A DNA stretch of 64,000 bases, from positions 60,510-124,509 of the forward strand of contig NW_005434598.1 of NCBI RefSeq assembly GCF_000315625.1, written 5' to 3'. The position numbers and the translations under genes are program-made. Origin of the DNA: Guillardia theta CCMP2712. Its lineage: Eukaryota; Protista; Cryptophyta. Below, in pieces: positions 45,574 to 56,989 of this stretch; the first letter of the stretch is position 1; each line of letters begins with the position of its first letter. The notes below the pieces were generated by a model that was not told where the DNA came from, ran no database searches, and was given only the letters and a program-made list of their open reading frames with translations.

Positions 45574-47966
45574 CTTCTCCTGCTCCTCCTCACCTCGCGG
45601 TTTACGATGTTGGCGTAAAATCGCGACCCGCTGCACGTGCTACCCTGGGAGGATGTAAGAGGAGGACGGTGGGGGAAGGGGAATGTGAGCTGGGAGGGAA
45701 GGGCGAGGGAGGTAGAGGAAAAGAGGAAAAGGGAGGAGCAAGGAGGGGAGGGGAAGGAGGTATGTGGAGCACACAAGGGGGGGAAGGGAGAGATGGGAGA
45801 GGGACAAGGAGGAAGGAGACGATTGAGGAGGGAAGGGGGGGGGAGTTAGAAAGGATGGGAGGGAGTACTTACTACTGCACTGGAGATTCTCCTTTCTGGT
45901 GATCGAGAATTTCTAAGGGAGCTGGAGAGTGATAGTCANNNNNNNNNNNNNNNNNNNNNNNNNNNNNNNNNNNNNNNNNNNNNNNNNNNNNNNNNNNNNN
46001 NNNNNNNNNNNNNNNNNNNNNNNNNNNNNNNNNNNNNNGGGGGTTCCCTTCCAGCTTCCCATGTGTTGACCATCTTACAAAAAGTGAGCAGGAAGTAGGA
46101 GGCAATGGAAGAAGATGATGAGGAGAGGAGGAGCGAAGAGGAGAGCCACGAGTTGGGAGGAGGAAGTACAAGGACGAAGAAGTCGAGGGGGAGGATGAAG
46201 TAGAAGGGGAGAAAGTAGAAGGGGAGGATGAAGCAAAGAAAAGGAGGAAAGGAGGCAGGTTCAGGTGGTGTGGGAGGAGGAAGATGAGCAGGGTAATTGC
46301 GTGCGAGTTGTGCCTACCAAGTTGCCTTGGGAGCGAAAGGCAGCAGATTCCAAGAAAGGTTTAGGGCGACTGACAAGGAGGATGAGGATGAGACAAGCAA
46401 GCAGAAGAGTAAGTCACGAAGGGAGAATGAGAGAAGGGAGGAAGCAGCAGGGTCGAGAAAGACGGAAGGGAGAGGAGGAGGGAGGGAGAGGCGAGAAAGG
46501 ATACAGGTAAGAAGCTGGAGCGAGAAGGGGAGGAGGAAGGAGGGTGAGGGGATGGAAAGTTGAAGAAAACAGTGCAGGGCATAGTATTAACGCTTCTTAC
46601 TTGTTCTCGATGCGAGACAGTTTCAAGGGAGGAACAAAGGGACGAGCCGGGTTCGGAGGCTGTACAGAATCTGATGTGAAGTCGATTAAGAAGATTTAAG
46701 TCAAGGAAGCATCGAGATCATAGAATGAATGAAGATGAAGGCAAGAAAGAGGAGCATGCACAGGACAAGCTATAGAGTGTGCGATGATGAACTTCGACTG
46801 AATGTGATGCAATGAGATAAATATTGTTCACCTTCCAAATCTTGCCCCGTCGGCTGTGTAGGCATGATAGCACTTTCGTGTCGAGGAAGCCTTTGGGCAT
46901 GTCATGATAACATGTCGCACATTTACCGGTCACCATCATCACCTGGTGCCATTCGATGACGATGGTGAGATGTCGTTGGGAAGTTTTCGCTGCGTTTTCA
47001 CCCATGTAAGCGCGAGGAGAATAGCTATTAGCTGAACTTTACGTTGTTCGACATGTCAAAAGACCCCGTTCTTCTCCACACAAGAGAAGGATCAGCGTTG
47101 TTGGTCGGAGAATCAGATTCTTGATTGAACTGGTCATCAAATCTCGAAGCATCGTACATCATCTGCCAAGATCGCGATCAGCGACAGGCATAGCATAACA
47201 AGGCAAAAGAACCATCTCATCTCGAATCAGTTGCTTCAGATTTCGGAACTGTTGAAGGTTCTCATTGTTGGAAGGATCAATTTCTTCTTCGAGAGGTGTC
47301 TTCTCTGACGCTTTCTCCTGGTTCTGAGAGGAATGAATCACCTCCTGCTGTGCGGGAGGTCGAGACACATACCTGTGATCTTTTCTCTGCTGCTTGTCTC
47401 AGGAGCAGAAAGATGAGAACTACGATGATCGAGATGAAGATCTGAGCAAACCACTTCACTGATATGACTTTGCCCAGAACGAGATGTTACCGAGCTGAAC
47501 AGCATAAACTTTGCTTCCAGAGCGCTTGTTTCAGCAAGCACCCTCTCTCGTACCAACCTGATTATATTTCAACACATCTGTGAGCAGAGCGCATCCAACA
47601 AGAGCATCACCTCTCAATATCTACATCCATCCTTGCTAGTTTGCTTTCTTGATTTAAACAGATATTCGTGTCGATGTTGATTTTGCTCGAAAGCAATGCT
47701 TGGTACGAAGCGTTCACCACAACTGCATGTATGTAATCTCAAGTTTGATGCTTCACATATCCAGTAGAGTTCATGTCAGGAGATTTCATGTAGACTTCGC
47801 CATTGTTGATAGCCAGCCTGTCGCCATCTGCAACAAAGGATTGATCAACCACGTTGCACTGCCAGTAGTGTCCTAAAACACTGCGCACTAAACCCAATGC
47901 TGACACTCTGTCAACAGCCAAGCTACATCCATCTGTTCTATCCACACATTTCCTTGTGCTCTTCAT
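44400..47966 (-). CDS. Hypothetical protein(s), multi-exon; one or two genes
   Basis: Coding-like segments (ORF 47739-47966; hydrophobic KWFAQIFISIIVVLIFLLL; EEYYYDEKDIGELERLKMKG) separated by short or microsatellite introns; structure unresolved. Confidence 0.3.
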
Positions 47967-48059
47967 TCATCTGGCATCTTGTCATCACTTGATACTCTAA
48001 TTCTTCACCATGCCACAAGAACCTTCGCTCGATCTCCCTGCATTCCCTTCTATTCCTCC

Positions 48060-49030
48060 CCGCACTCCATGGCTAACCTACCCCCACCCGGTATCCCGCC
48101 GGGAACAACAGTCGGTCCACCCCTTACAAAATATGTACCCCACCCTCTTTACCCAAGATTTATCTATCTCTTTGTACCCTGTGTCACATGCTTTCAACAT
48201 ACCCCACCCTTCATGACTACCCCACCCTATCTTTCTGACGACATGACATTTATAAATTGCGATTTATTATGATTCTTTAGGTCCCTACCACCCCTTTCCC
48301 TCAAAATTACTACCCCACCCCTACTTCCCCATATGTTAAGGACTTTGCCCTGTAACCCTCTTTTTTCCTATCATACTGACCCGTCATTGAGAAATTTAAA
48401 TATATTTTGAGGACCCTGACCCATAGTCCATATACCCCCACCCTACCGCGTGAACAGAAAATAAACCCAACTTTCACCTTCGGCATTGTGAATCTTTTTG
48501 TACCACCCGACACCCACCCCCAAATTTGATATACCCCTAAATTATTCACCCCCACCCCCTATTTTACACGAAGTATCATAAGAGGACCCCCTTTTAAATA
48601 ACCACAATTCTCTGGTACCCCTCCTTTGAATTCACCACCCTTCAGTACTCACCCCCACCTCGTTTCACGTATGGGATATCCTTTCTTTATCTCTGTGACA
48701 TGGCTCTACCCCACATTAACCAGGAAATTAGGGGGTAGGGTGGTCTAAGACCGCGGGTCCCCGGAGTTCTGCCTAGGAGAAAGGGGTTGAAAGGAAGGCC
48801 AGTCTGAGATATGAAAAGTACCCCCACCCTAATTCTGCAAGTAGAAAGTACCCCCCCTTGAACTGAAGAAGTCAATCCGATGACAGGCAGGCCGCTGCGG
48901 CGCGGCCCGTACTGACCGTGACCCGGGCCGGCGCGGCCCGGGCCGCCGCCGGTCCGGGCCGGTCCGGGCCACGGCCACTTGAACTGAGAGTGAAGATTTA
49001 GTTAAATCAGACTGCCCTGAGGCCGCAGGA
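48060..49030. promoter_or_regulatory. Long ACCC/TACCCC cluster (48060-48860) with a CCGG island (48890-48975), between divergent genes
   Basis: Many taccccaccct and gtaccc motifs, then ccgggccggcgcggcccgggccg and tandem ccggtccggg. Confidence 0.45.
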
Positions 49031-49358
49031 CGTGTAGGAGATGTAGGGGAGGCAAGCAAGGGAGGTGGGTGCAGGAGAGGGAGGGGGCAGAGGGCGTTGG
49101 GAAGGAATGAGCAAGAGGAAGTGAACTCATGGATGTGAACAGATGAGGGCGAGGGGAGAGGAGGAGTGTTTGTGTGTGTGAGGGAGCGATTGGAGCAGAT
49201 GACTGAACGATCTTGTGTGGTTACTGTGCTGTTATGCTGACTTGCTGCATACTCTAGGTCCTTTCACTTGCACTTGTCATCGCAGGAACATAACAACAGA
49301 TGGCATCTTTCCTCTGCATGATTACTTGATGAGGTTGTGCAATAAGCAGCTTTCTTGA

Positions 49359-50060
49359 ATGTTGTCTCAACAATTCATTGTGCCCGTCTCTGCGTTGCTC
49401 TCAGTCCTATCTGATGAATGTCGGTGGTCTACCTGCTTTCTCTCGACGCTGGTGCCCTTGGCAACTCTCCAGCAAGCATCAAACTCTCAGAATCCAGAAG
49501 ATTCTCTGAGGTTCCTCCTGATCCTAGTCCTGGCCCTCTTCGTCGCAACGTTCGTGCAGTCCATGGTTGGAGTGCGGCAGGTGGTGAAGAGAGGAGATGT
49601 TGAAGGCGTCATCAGCGACCTCTTCTCCCTCCTCTTCACTGGAGCTGCTTCAGGGCATGCGATCCTTGCACTGAATGATCTCGGTCAACAGAACCAGTCA
49701 GCAGTCTTGTTTTTGATACTCCTCGACGGTGCACTGTTGGCCCTTGTTGGACATTTCTTTCTGAGAGGGACATGGCTGGTTGCAGCAGGCGTGCTAGGCG
49801 TGCTGTCGTTCCTACAGTACAGCAAAGAAGAGATGTCAAGGGTGCAGGAGGTTGCTCCAGCACTTGTCTTGTCGTGTCTTACTGCTGCTCCGCTCTCCAA
49901 GATCTACAACGACAACTTCGGGTAAGCGGCTTCGCAGCCTCTCACTGTCTTATCTGGTTGGGTTGTACTGACATGTGCTTTCCGATGAAAAGAAGAAGGC
50001 AAACTTCGATATCAAGCACGATGGCACCTCTGCTCTTGTTCGGAAGGTGGATACTGTTTA
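49359..50060 (+). CDS. Hypothetical multi-pass membrane protein
   Basis: 188-aa ORF with about five hydrophobic segments, ending at a GTAAG donor at ~49922; ends approximate. Confidence 0.55.
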
Positions 50061-50288
50061 GCTTCGTGTGTTTCTTCTACGCAAGCAGGGCATTTGCTTT
50101 CTTCTCTGCCGTACTTTAGCTCGGAGCAATTATAATAACAAACGTGACATTGCCTGACATGTCTAGTGGCTGGGGAAGAGAGAAGAGTAGGAAACGATGG
50201 CCAAAATGCAGTCGGAGGCAGATGCTGACAGAGGGAGGGGATCAGAGGATGCTGCAGGACTGAAAGGATGTGATGAAGTTGAAGTTTG

Positions 50289-51599
50289 CTACTTGTGCTT
50301 TATACACGTCTTGGACCTCCAAGACAACAAGAGTTACGTGGCACCCCATCAAGAAAATTCGATTCATTCAACAGACATCCTCCGCCTCAGGCACGACCGG
50401 CATCTTCACATTGGAATCGATGTATGGAAGATTGAACTCCTGGACTGTGTCATTGCCCACGTATTGCACCTCTGTAAACTTGTCTTCACTGAAATTGGTC
50501 CTGTCCCTCTTGTAGAGCATGAGATGAGAAAACTTGAGCATTCCGGGGTATCTCTCAAACCCAAAGTTGTTGATGAAACGCAAGGCCGGAAACCTGGCGC
50601 TTTCAATGATGTTGTCGTTCACTCTGTACTTTTTCTTGATCTCAGGGACGAGTTCCTCAATCTTCTTCAGCGACCCTTCTTCAGGAAGGACAAACGGAGA
50701 CACTATGAGCATTCTTGCATCATCCAAACTGGTTATAAGTTGCTCATCAGTCGCGGTGGCATCAAGAAACTTGACCTGCATCAACACATCAGCATCGTCC
50801 TCAGTCAAGTCATCTCTCACCCTCACGCCAGCTTTGCTAGCCCCCAACTGTGCTACGATGTTCTCTGCACAATCATGCCCCCACAGAACAAGGGAGTGCC
50901 TCTGCTTGAAGCCGACCTCATGAATGCCTTCAGCAAACGCGTTCACTTGCTTGTCGAGTTCCTTGTAAGTGAAACTGCAGCCCTTTGATCAGTTCTCGTC
51001 ACCGAAGAGGATCAACGTGCACAAGTGAGACAAGCCAGCCTGTTCAACAAAGCGATGCCGGGAGGCAAAACATGCCGATCCGCACAACATCGCAACAAAG
51101 AACTTCGATTTTCTGTCATCAAGGGAGCATGCAAATTCTTCTCGAGATCTTAAGCAGGATAAGAGAAATGCAGCAATAGAAAATGATACACACACATTTT
51201 CAATTTGCAGGATTGTTCAGCAACCGGAACATGTAAGGGGAATGTAACAAAAAGATCAATGATAATGGAATTCTCAGACTATCCTCTCTTAGCAGGCACA
51301 CCGCAGGTTGCATACACGCAAAGACAACGTCTCTTCAACTTCTCTCCTCAGAGACCAAAAATCTCCCAGCAACGTCAAGCTCGACACAGCCAACTGCTCA
51401 GGCAGCAGTGGAGGAGGCTCAGGAGGGGTTACGAGTGGGCAAGGGAGGCTCACAAGACAGGGTCGGCATCTTCTGTCGCCATCTTGAGCGCGTCCATGTG
51501 GGGGAACTCAGCACTCTTCTTCACCAAGTCCTTGAGAGTTCGGGAACTCGCAACGAAGGCCATCGACCGACGGCCGAGGACGCGGCAGAGGCGCGGCAT
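50289..51599 (-). CDS. Short AMP-binding/acyl-CoA-synthetase-like protein with a mitochondrial-type presequence; multi-exon
   Basis: Arg-rich MPRLCRVLGRRSMAF leader; NAFAEGIHEVGFKQRHSLVLW...ENIVAQLGASKAGV and ELVPEI...FPALRF resemble the N-terminal part of ANL/AMP-binding enzymes. 3' end approximate. Confidence 0.55.
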
Positions 51600-51609
51600 G
51601 GCGCTGGTG

Positions 51610-52130
51610 AGGGTGATAGGGGTGGGGGTGGTGATGGTAAGCTCTTTTGGACGGGTACGCATCAAATCATATGAATTGAGGGGGTGGGGGTGATACAGTC
51701 TGTATATGGAAACGGTGGGGTAGTGATAGTCAGGGGTTCGTTCATCTGGTGTACGGGTTCTTTTTATATATTTTTTCATGCATTACCCTGGTAGGGTACT
51801 CAAAAGTACAACCCTTTGTGAAACGATGGTCCATAAGGTCTCGTAATGGGGGTGGGGGTACACATTACAGGGGTAGGTACACAAATGACCCCACCGTCCT
51901 GGTGGAGCAGACATTCCTCGCACCCTACCCCCATGGAGAAATATGGAGTTTACCCCACCCCCTATTTCCCCATACCAATGGTCCCCACCCCCCATTGTGA
52001 GGGCAAAATTGTTATTCATAACCCTACCCTTTCTGTATTCATAGTACCCTCACTGTTTGATAACCCTACCCGTATGTTTTTCAACTACCCCCAAGCTCTA
52101 CCCCCTTCAATCCCCTTCCAAGATCCCCGA
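51610..52130. promoter_or_regulatory. GGGT cluster followed by ACCC cluster (polarity switch at ~51890), between divergent genes
   Basis: G-form motifs at 51610-51885 and C-form motifs at 51888-52130. Confidence 0.4.
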
Positions 52131-52467
52131 CCGAAGGTATGAAGAGTCGAGATATGGCGTGCCTGGTTGCGGCAAGATGGCAAGGAGGGGATGCGATGAG
52201 GGAGAGAGGAGGAAGACAGGAAGGGAGGAAGGGAGGTCAGAGGAAAGGCGGGAAAATGGGTCGAGATTGCGGTAACCAAGTGAAGTGATGCCAGAAATAT
52301 TTTCAGAGAGAGAGAGTGAGAGAGTATAACGTGTGCGACGAGTCTGTTGACGGAGAGAGATTTATCATTATCGAGGGTGAAAGTCATGTTTGTTTCCCCA
52401 GAGTGGAGCCCCTCATACTGCTTCTTTGAGGACCTCTCTCGTCCTTGATTGGTGGTGTGGTTCAGGA

Positions 52468-53230
52468 ATGGGGGGGAACGCGTCGGTCCCACAAGTGCGA
52501 GCGAAAGATGTCAAACGTGCATCGGATATCAAGCATGGCTGGCTGTGCAAGCGCGGTCTTACCAACACTCAACTTCAGCGACGGTCAGAATGATAACTCA
52601 AGCTGTTTGCTCTTCCTCGTCATGGGTGGACTGACTCTGCGGCAGTTGGTGTGCCATACACGATCTGAGGCTCTACTACTTTGAGAACCCTCGAGTGAGA
52701 GCAGCTCGAGCTCAAGGAGCATGTTGACGCTGATGTCAATGTTCAGAGTGAAGAGCCCAAGGGTGTTGTGAACTTGCGGGGAGCGATTGTCTCCGAGAGC
52801 AAAACCATCAAGCTTGCAATAGAAATACAAACAGGTCAACACGTGATAGTGCGTCTTGCTAGCTTTCTGAGAGCCTTGCAGGTGCCTTGATTGCGGACAA
52901 AGGGGTTGAAAAGCGTACCTACGTCTTCACAACAGTTGGCTCAGGTTGGGTTAGGAGACCTCCATGACATGACATACTGATGCTCGGAACAGACGATAAG
53001 AAGATGAAGGGCGGGGAGGGAATGAGCAAAGACGGTGTGCTCACTGTTCGTGAAAGACATGGTTGTTCTGACGGGGAAACTAGAGCGGTTGAGACAGCAG
53101 CGCAAATATGATAGGGAAAACCTTGAGAAGTGGCTGGTGAACTAAGAAAGTGTTGTTTGTCAGCCATTGACATGTTTTTTTACAGAAATGGTTACAAGAA
53201 GAGACGGCCAAGACTTTCGCGCCGTCGTAG
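52468..53230 (+). CDS. Small PH-domain protein with an N-myristoylation-like start; multi-exon
   Basis: Spliced sequence MGGNAS...KHGWLCKRGLTNTQLQRRWCAIHDLRLYYFENPRSEEPKGVVNLRGAIV...RTYVF...KWLQ follows the PH consensus. Confidence 0.8.
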
Positions 53231-53249
53231 TTGAGATAGATAGTCGTCA

Positions 53250-55217
53250 CTCCCTGCCTCTCAGTCGGAGCCTCACTGGAATCGTGCGATGCGGCTGATG
53301 GAGATGGGATGGCCTAGAGGGATTTTTGTCGTGTCAGCTCCTTGCGAGGAATGTTGGCTTGTAACATAAGCTACCGCAGTACGTGCAGGACCCGAAGAGC
53401 GTGTTGAAGGCTTGACGGCTGGTGGGGATGGCCTGCACCAGATGTCAGCTGATGCCGAGCTGAGCTCATGGCGCCGAACCCGCAGCCACTCGTAGAGGCA
53501 GGCGGCATGAAAGGGACGCGCGCCTGTAGCCAAGGCAAGAGTCAACTGTCAACCCTTAGATGCACCTGGTGGGTTACATTTGGAGTTGTCACAGACGATG
53601 TCGGGAATCTCTCCATCGAGCCGATACCTGCACGTATGACTTGAGCGAGGGAACATGTAACAAGCAACATCCACGTGTAGCAGATTGCACACTCGACGCT
53701 CAGCTCCTCCGCAACCACCGTCTGTTTGTTTGCCATCAGAGCCATTCAGGCAACGGACGTCTTGATGGTGGCTGACCTGCTTGGTGGGGAACTCGATCTC
53801 TAAGATGTTCTGCAAGTTTTGCAGCACGAATACTTTCATGTCCCAAAGCAGAAGCCTCTGATGATACGTGATCAGACGGAGGCGGGCACAGAAGTCAGGA
53901 AAAAAGTGGTTGAAAGGTGAGAGAGAGAGCGAGAGAGAGAAGGAAAGAGAGAGGGAGTGGGAGACGAAGAGTGAGCGAGTGAGAGGGAGGGAGGAAGTCT
54001 TGGAACAGAGGAAGTCAAGGGAGGATTTGAAAGGAGCTGCGAGGGAAGGACCTGGTTGAGTTTGTCTTTGAGTGGTAGGATGACCTAGATATCAAGCATG
54101 AGGAGACAAAACAAGCAGCTTGTGACATCTCACCGAATCAGCTCCGAGAAATCGAACTTCAGGCACACTCAAAGGATTCAAGATGGGTATGTCAACCTGC
54201 AACCATCAAGATAAGAGGTTAGCGCAGCTGATGACACTGTCGCACTTGTATCGAACAATGGTTCCCTATCGCGATTCTCCGAGACGCCAGGTCCCTTGTG
54301 GCAACACCTGAGCTGTATGATCACTCGACTCATGTCGCAATGGGAAGATGTTGTACTTGGCTCTAGTACCCAAGAGTGCTGATCAATATCGTCCAGCACA
54401 TCCCATAGCAGCTGAAATTGATGTAGATGCTCCTGTAGAGACCAATATCACTCAGAAAAGCCCTGAGTTATCTGATCTCGCTCTTGTTCACCTCAAACTG
54501 TTCGATGACATTCCTCAAGGTATACCCGTCCCTCCACCTGGCCATTCAACACTCTCAGCCCACAATCTTTGTAATCTACTGATGCAGCAGGACGGTTGCC
54601 CGATCTTTTGACTTGCAACACAGCCAACACCTACCTTAGGATGAAAGGAATCGGTGTTGCCCCTCGGCATACTGGAGGGTCGTGTGGGTAGGACATGTTG
54701 AGGTCCACCTCGACGACATGTGATCTCTTCGCCGCATCCTCCACGGCAAACTTGACATTGTTAAAATCAGGATGCAAATCATGCACGCTGTTCCATCCTA
54801 TCTCCTCAATCTCGGCCACAATCGCCATCATCGTATCAGCACGGGGCGGAACTCTCGAAGTCATGTTGCTGGCGACTCTCTCGAGAATAATTTCCAGCTC
54901 CTCCACGAAGCTCTCAACGGATTGACTCGATTTCAGTCTGTTGTTCACTGCGTTCATTTCCGCCCCTAGCACCTCGATCAAACCGTTCTCCATCTCTAGA
55001 TGGAGTTTTCTTGACCCTGCTGTCTCTGATCTTGCCCTTGCAGTTTGCATCCTCCTCTCTGATATCCGAACGCGATAGCTCTCATCTTGCATGTTCGCGA
55101 AGCCACATTGCGCTGTACCTTCGAGGTCTTCAGGCACGAGCAGAAGGATTCCAGGCCTCCTGTTGGACCTGTTGAAATCAAGTCAAATAGAAGTATTTTG
55201 GCTGACGTTCTCCATGC
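53250..55217 (-). CDS. FANCL: E3 ubiquitin ligase FANCL; multi-exon
   Basis: EIEEIGWNSV...FAVEDAAKRSHVVEV...YPHDPP; LDDIDQHSWVLEP; C-terminal RING ECAICY...PDIVCDNSKC...FHAACLYEWLR...FNTLFGSCTYC. Ends approximate. Confidence 0.9.
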
Positions 55218-55336
55218 TCTGATCTCTATCTTTATCTCGATCCTCAGAAATCTGCTCCCCTTTCCTCCTCCTTCCCGCTCCTCCCCGCTCCTCCTTCCAG
55301 CTTCCCCCCCCCCCCCCCCCCTTCTCCTCCTCCTTA

Positions 55337-55413
<77 letters not shown>

Positions 55414-55414
55414 G

Positions 55415-55446
<32 letters not shown>

Positions 55447-55559
55447 ATCACCACCAGCAGCAGCGCTTCCGCCATACCTCATGTTTGCTTGACCAGCCCA
55501 CATCTCCTCTATGACCCGATTTGCCCTCATCCCCGTCCACGCCCACCTTCTTTCCACTT

Positions 55560-55905
55560 GCTATGCCAACCCCCTACGGTTTTGGGCCTAGCAGGGGGCT
55601 AGTCTGAGTCTGAGGGGGCAACCCGGATAGGAAATGGGGGGTACTTTTGTGGTCACTAGGTGGGTAGGGGTTATTGTAGGGGGCTATTCGTAGTCTAATA
55701 GGGGGTTCGAGGAATGTTGACACCGGTGTAGAAAAATCATGAGGAGAAAATAGGGTAGGGTGATATTAATTTATAGTTTAAGGTGGGTATTATATGCTGA
55801 AAAGGTAGGGTGAATTGTAATATATGTGGGGTGATCTGTACAGTGGGTGGTACTTCATACGACCAAGGGGTGGGATTGAGAAGTTCATTGATGGGTGGGG
55901 TGGTA
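55560..55905. promoter_or_regulatory. GGGTAGGG motif cluster upstream of FANCL
   Basis: Repeated ggggggtac, gggtagggg, tagggtagggtg and ggtagggtg motifs. Confidence 0.4.
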
Positions 55906-56882
55906 GCGAGCGCGAGAATGCAGGTAAAGCGTGCGCGGGAGGAAGGAGGGAAAAAGGGGGAGAAGAGAAGAGAAGAGAGGGAGGAGGAGAGGAGAAGGGA
56001 ATGTGCAAACGAAGCCAGGAAGTGTTATTGGTGGTCAGGCATACCGATTGCATGATCACTTTGTCAAACTTCCTAGAGTTGGAACTCCTCGTGCGGTCCT
56101 CCTGCCCCATAGCTTGATCGCAGTGTAAAGTTCTGACATGCTCGCTTGACATCATGCAAGTAAGCGTTATCGACACATGCACATACACGTGCTTGCTGTT
56201 TTTTCAAGCTTACGAGATTCTGTGGGACATCGCATAACATGCCGCACGTTAATCGGCAGCATGTCTTTTCATGCCCACTACAATGCAATCATTACGTGCT
56301 CTGGTTTTCGGCTCACCACTACCTCTGCAGGCTCTCCTGGCCATTAGATCGCAAGCGCCGCAAACTCTCGGCCCATTGCGAGGCTTCTGTCGTTGTCCTC
56401 AAGAGTAGTACTGAGAGGAGGGTAAGGAGAAGAAATCGAGGGAGGAAGAGACCTCAGGTTGCGCTCGAGCACAGCTCGTGCTGCATCCGTCGATGGAGTT
56501 CCAACTGTGAAGCATCAGCTAGGGAGGAGAGGAGGAGAGGAGAGGAGAGGAGAGGAGAGGAGAGGAGAGGGGAGGGGAATGGGGAGAGGAGAGTAGTGTA
56601 GACTTCACCAGCGAAGCAGATCTGCGCGCCGCAGGAAACATGCGTAATGGAGAGGTCCATGGGCATGCTGACTCGACGTGGTTTGGACTGGAAGGAGGAG
56701 GGAGTTCAGGGAGAGCATGCGGGTCAAGATATCTTACCGAGAACAACAGCTGGTCTGTGTCCGCTGCTCGCGCCTGTGAAGCATTGGAACGATTGCACAG
56801 GTTGAGGTGTCATGTTTGTACGTGATATCCAAGTTGTCCAGATGTCGCTAGTCCCCAGGTGTAGAGTTTCCCATCATCTGTG

Positions 56883-56974
56883 ATGTATGTTCAGGAAATG
56901 TTTATGTATGTTCAGGAAATGTTTTTGTATGTTCAGGAAATGTTTATGTATGTTCAGGAAATGTTTTTGTATGT
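56883..56974. repeat. 21-bp tandem repeat (A/T)TGTATGTTCAGGAAATGTTT, about 4.5 units
   Basis: Directly visible; units differ at the first base. Confidence 0.9.
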
Positions 56975-56989
56975 ACAAGGTGTTGTTAT

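Noticed and set aside
56050-56830. Possible small plus-strand gene between FANCL and the kinase
   Set aside because: Some splice-like signals, but no coherent reading frame could be assembled.
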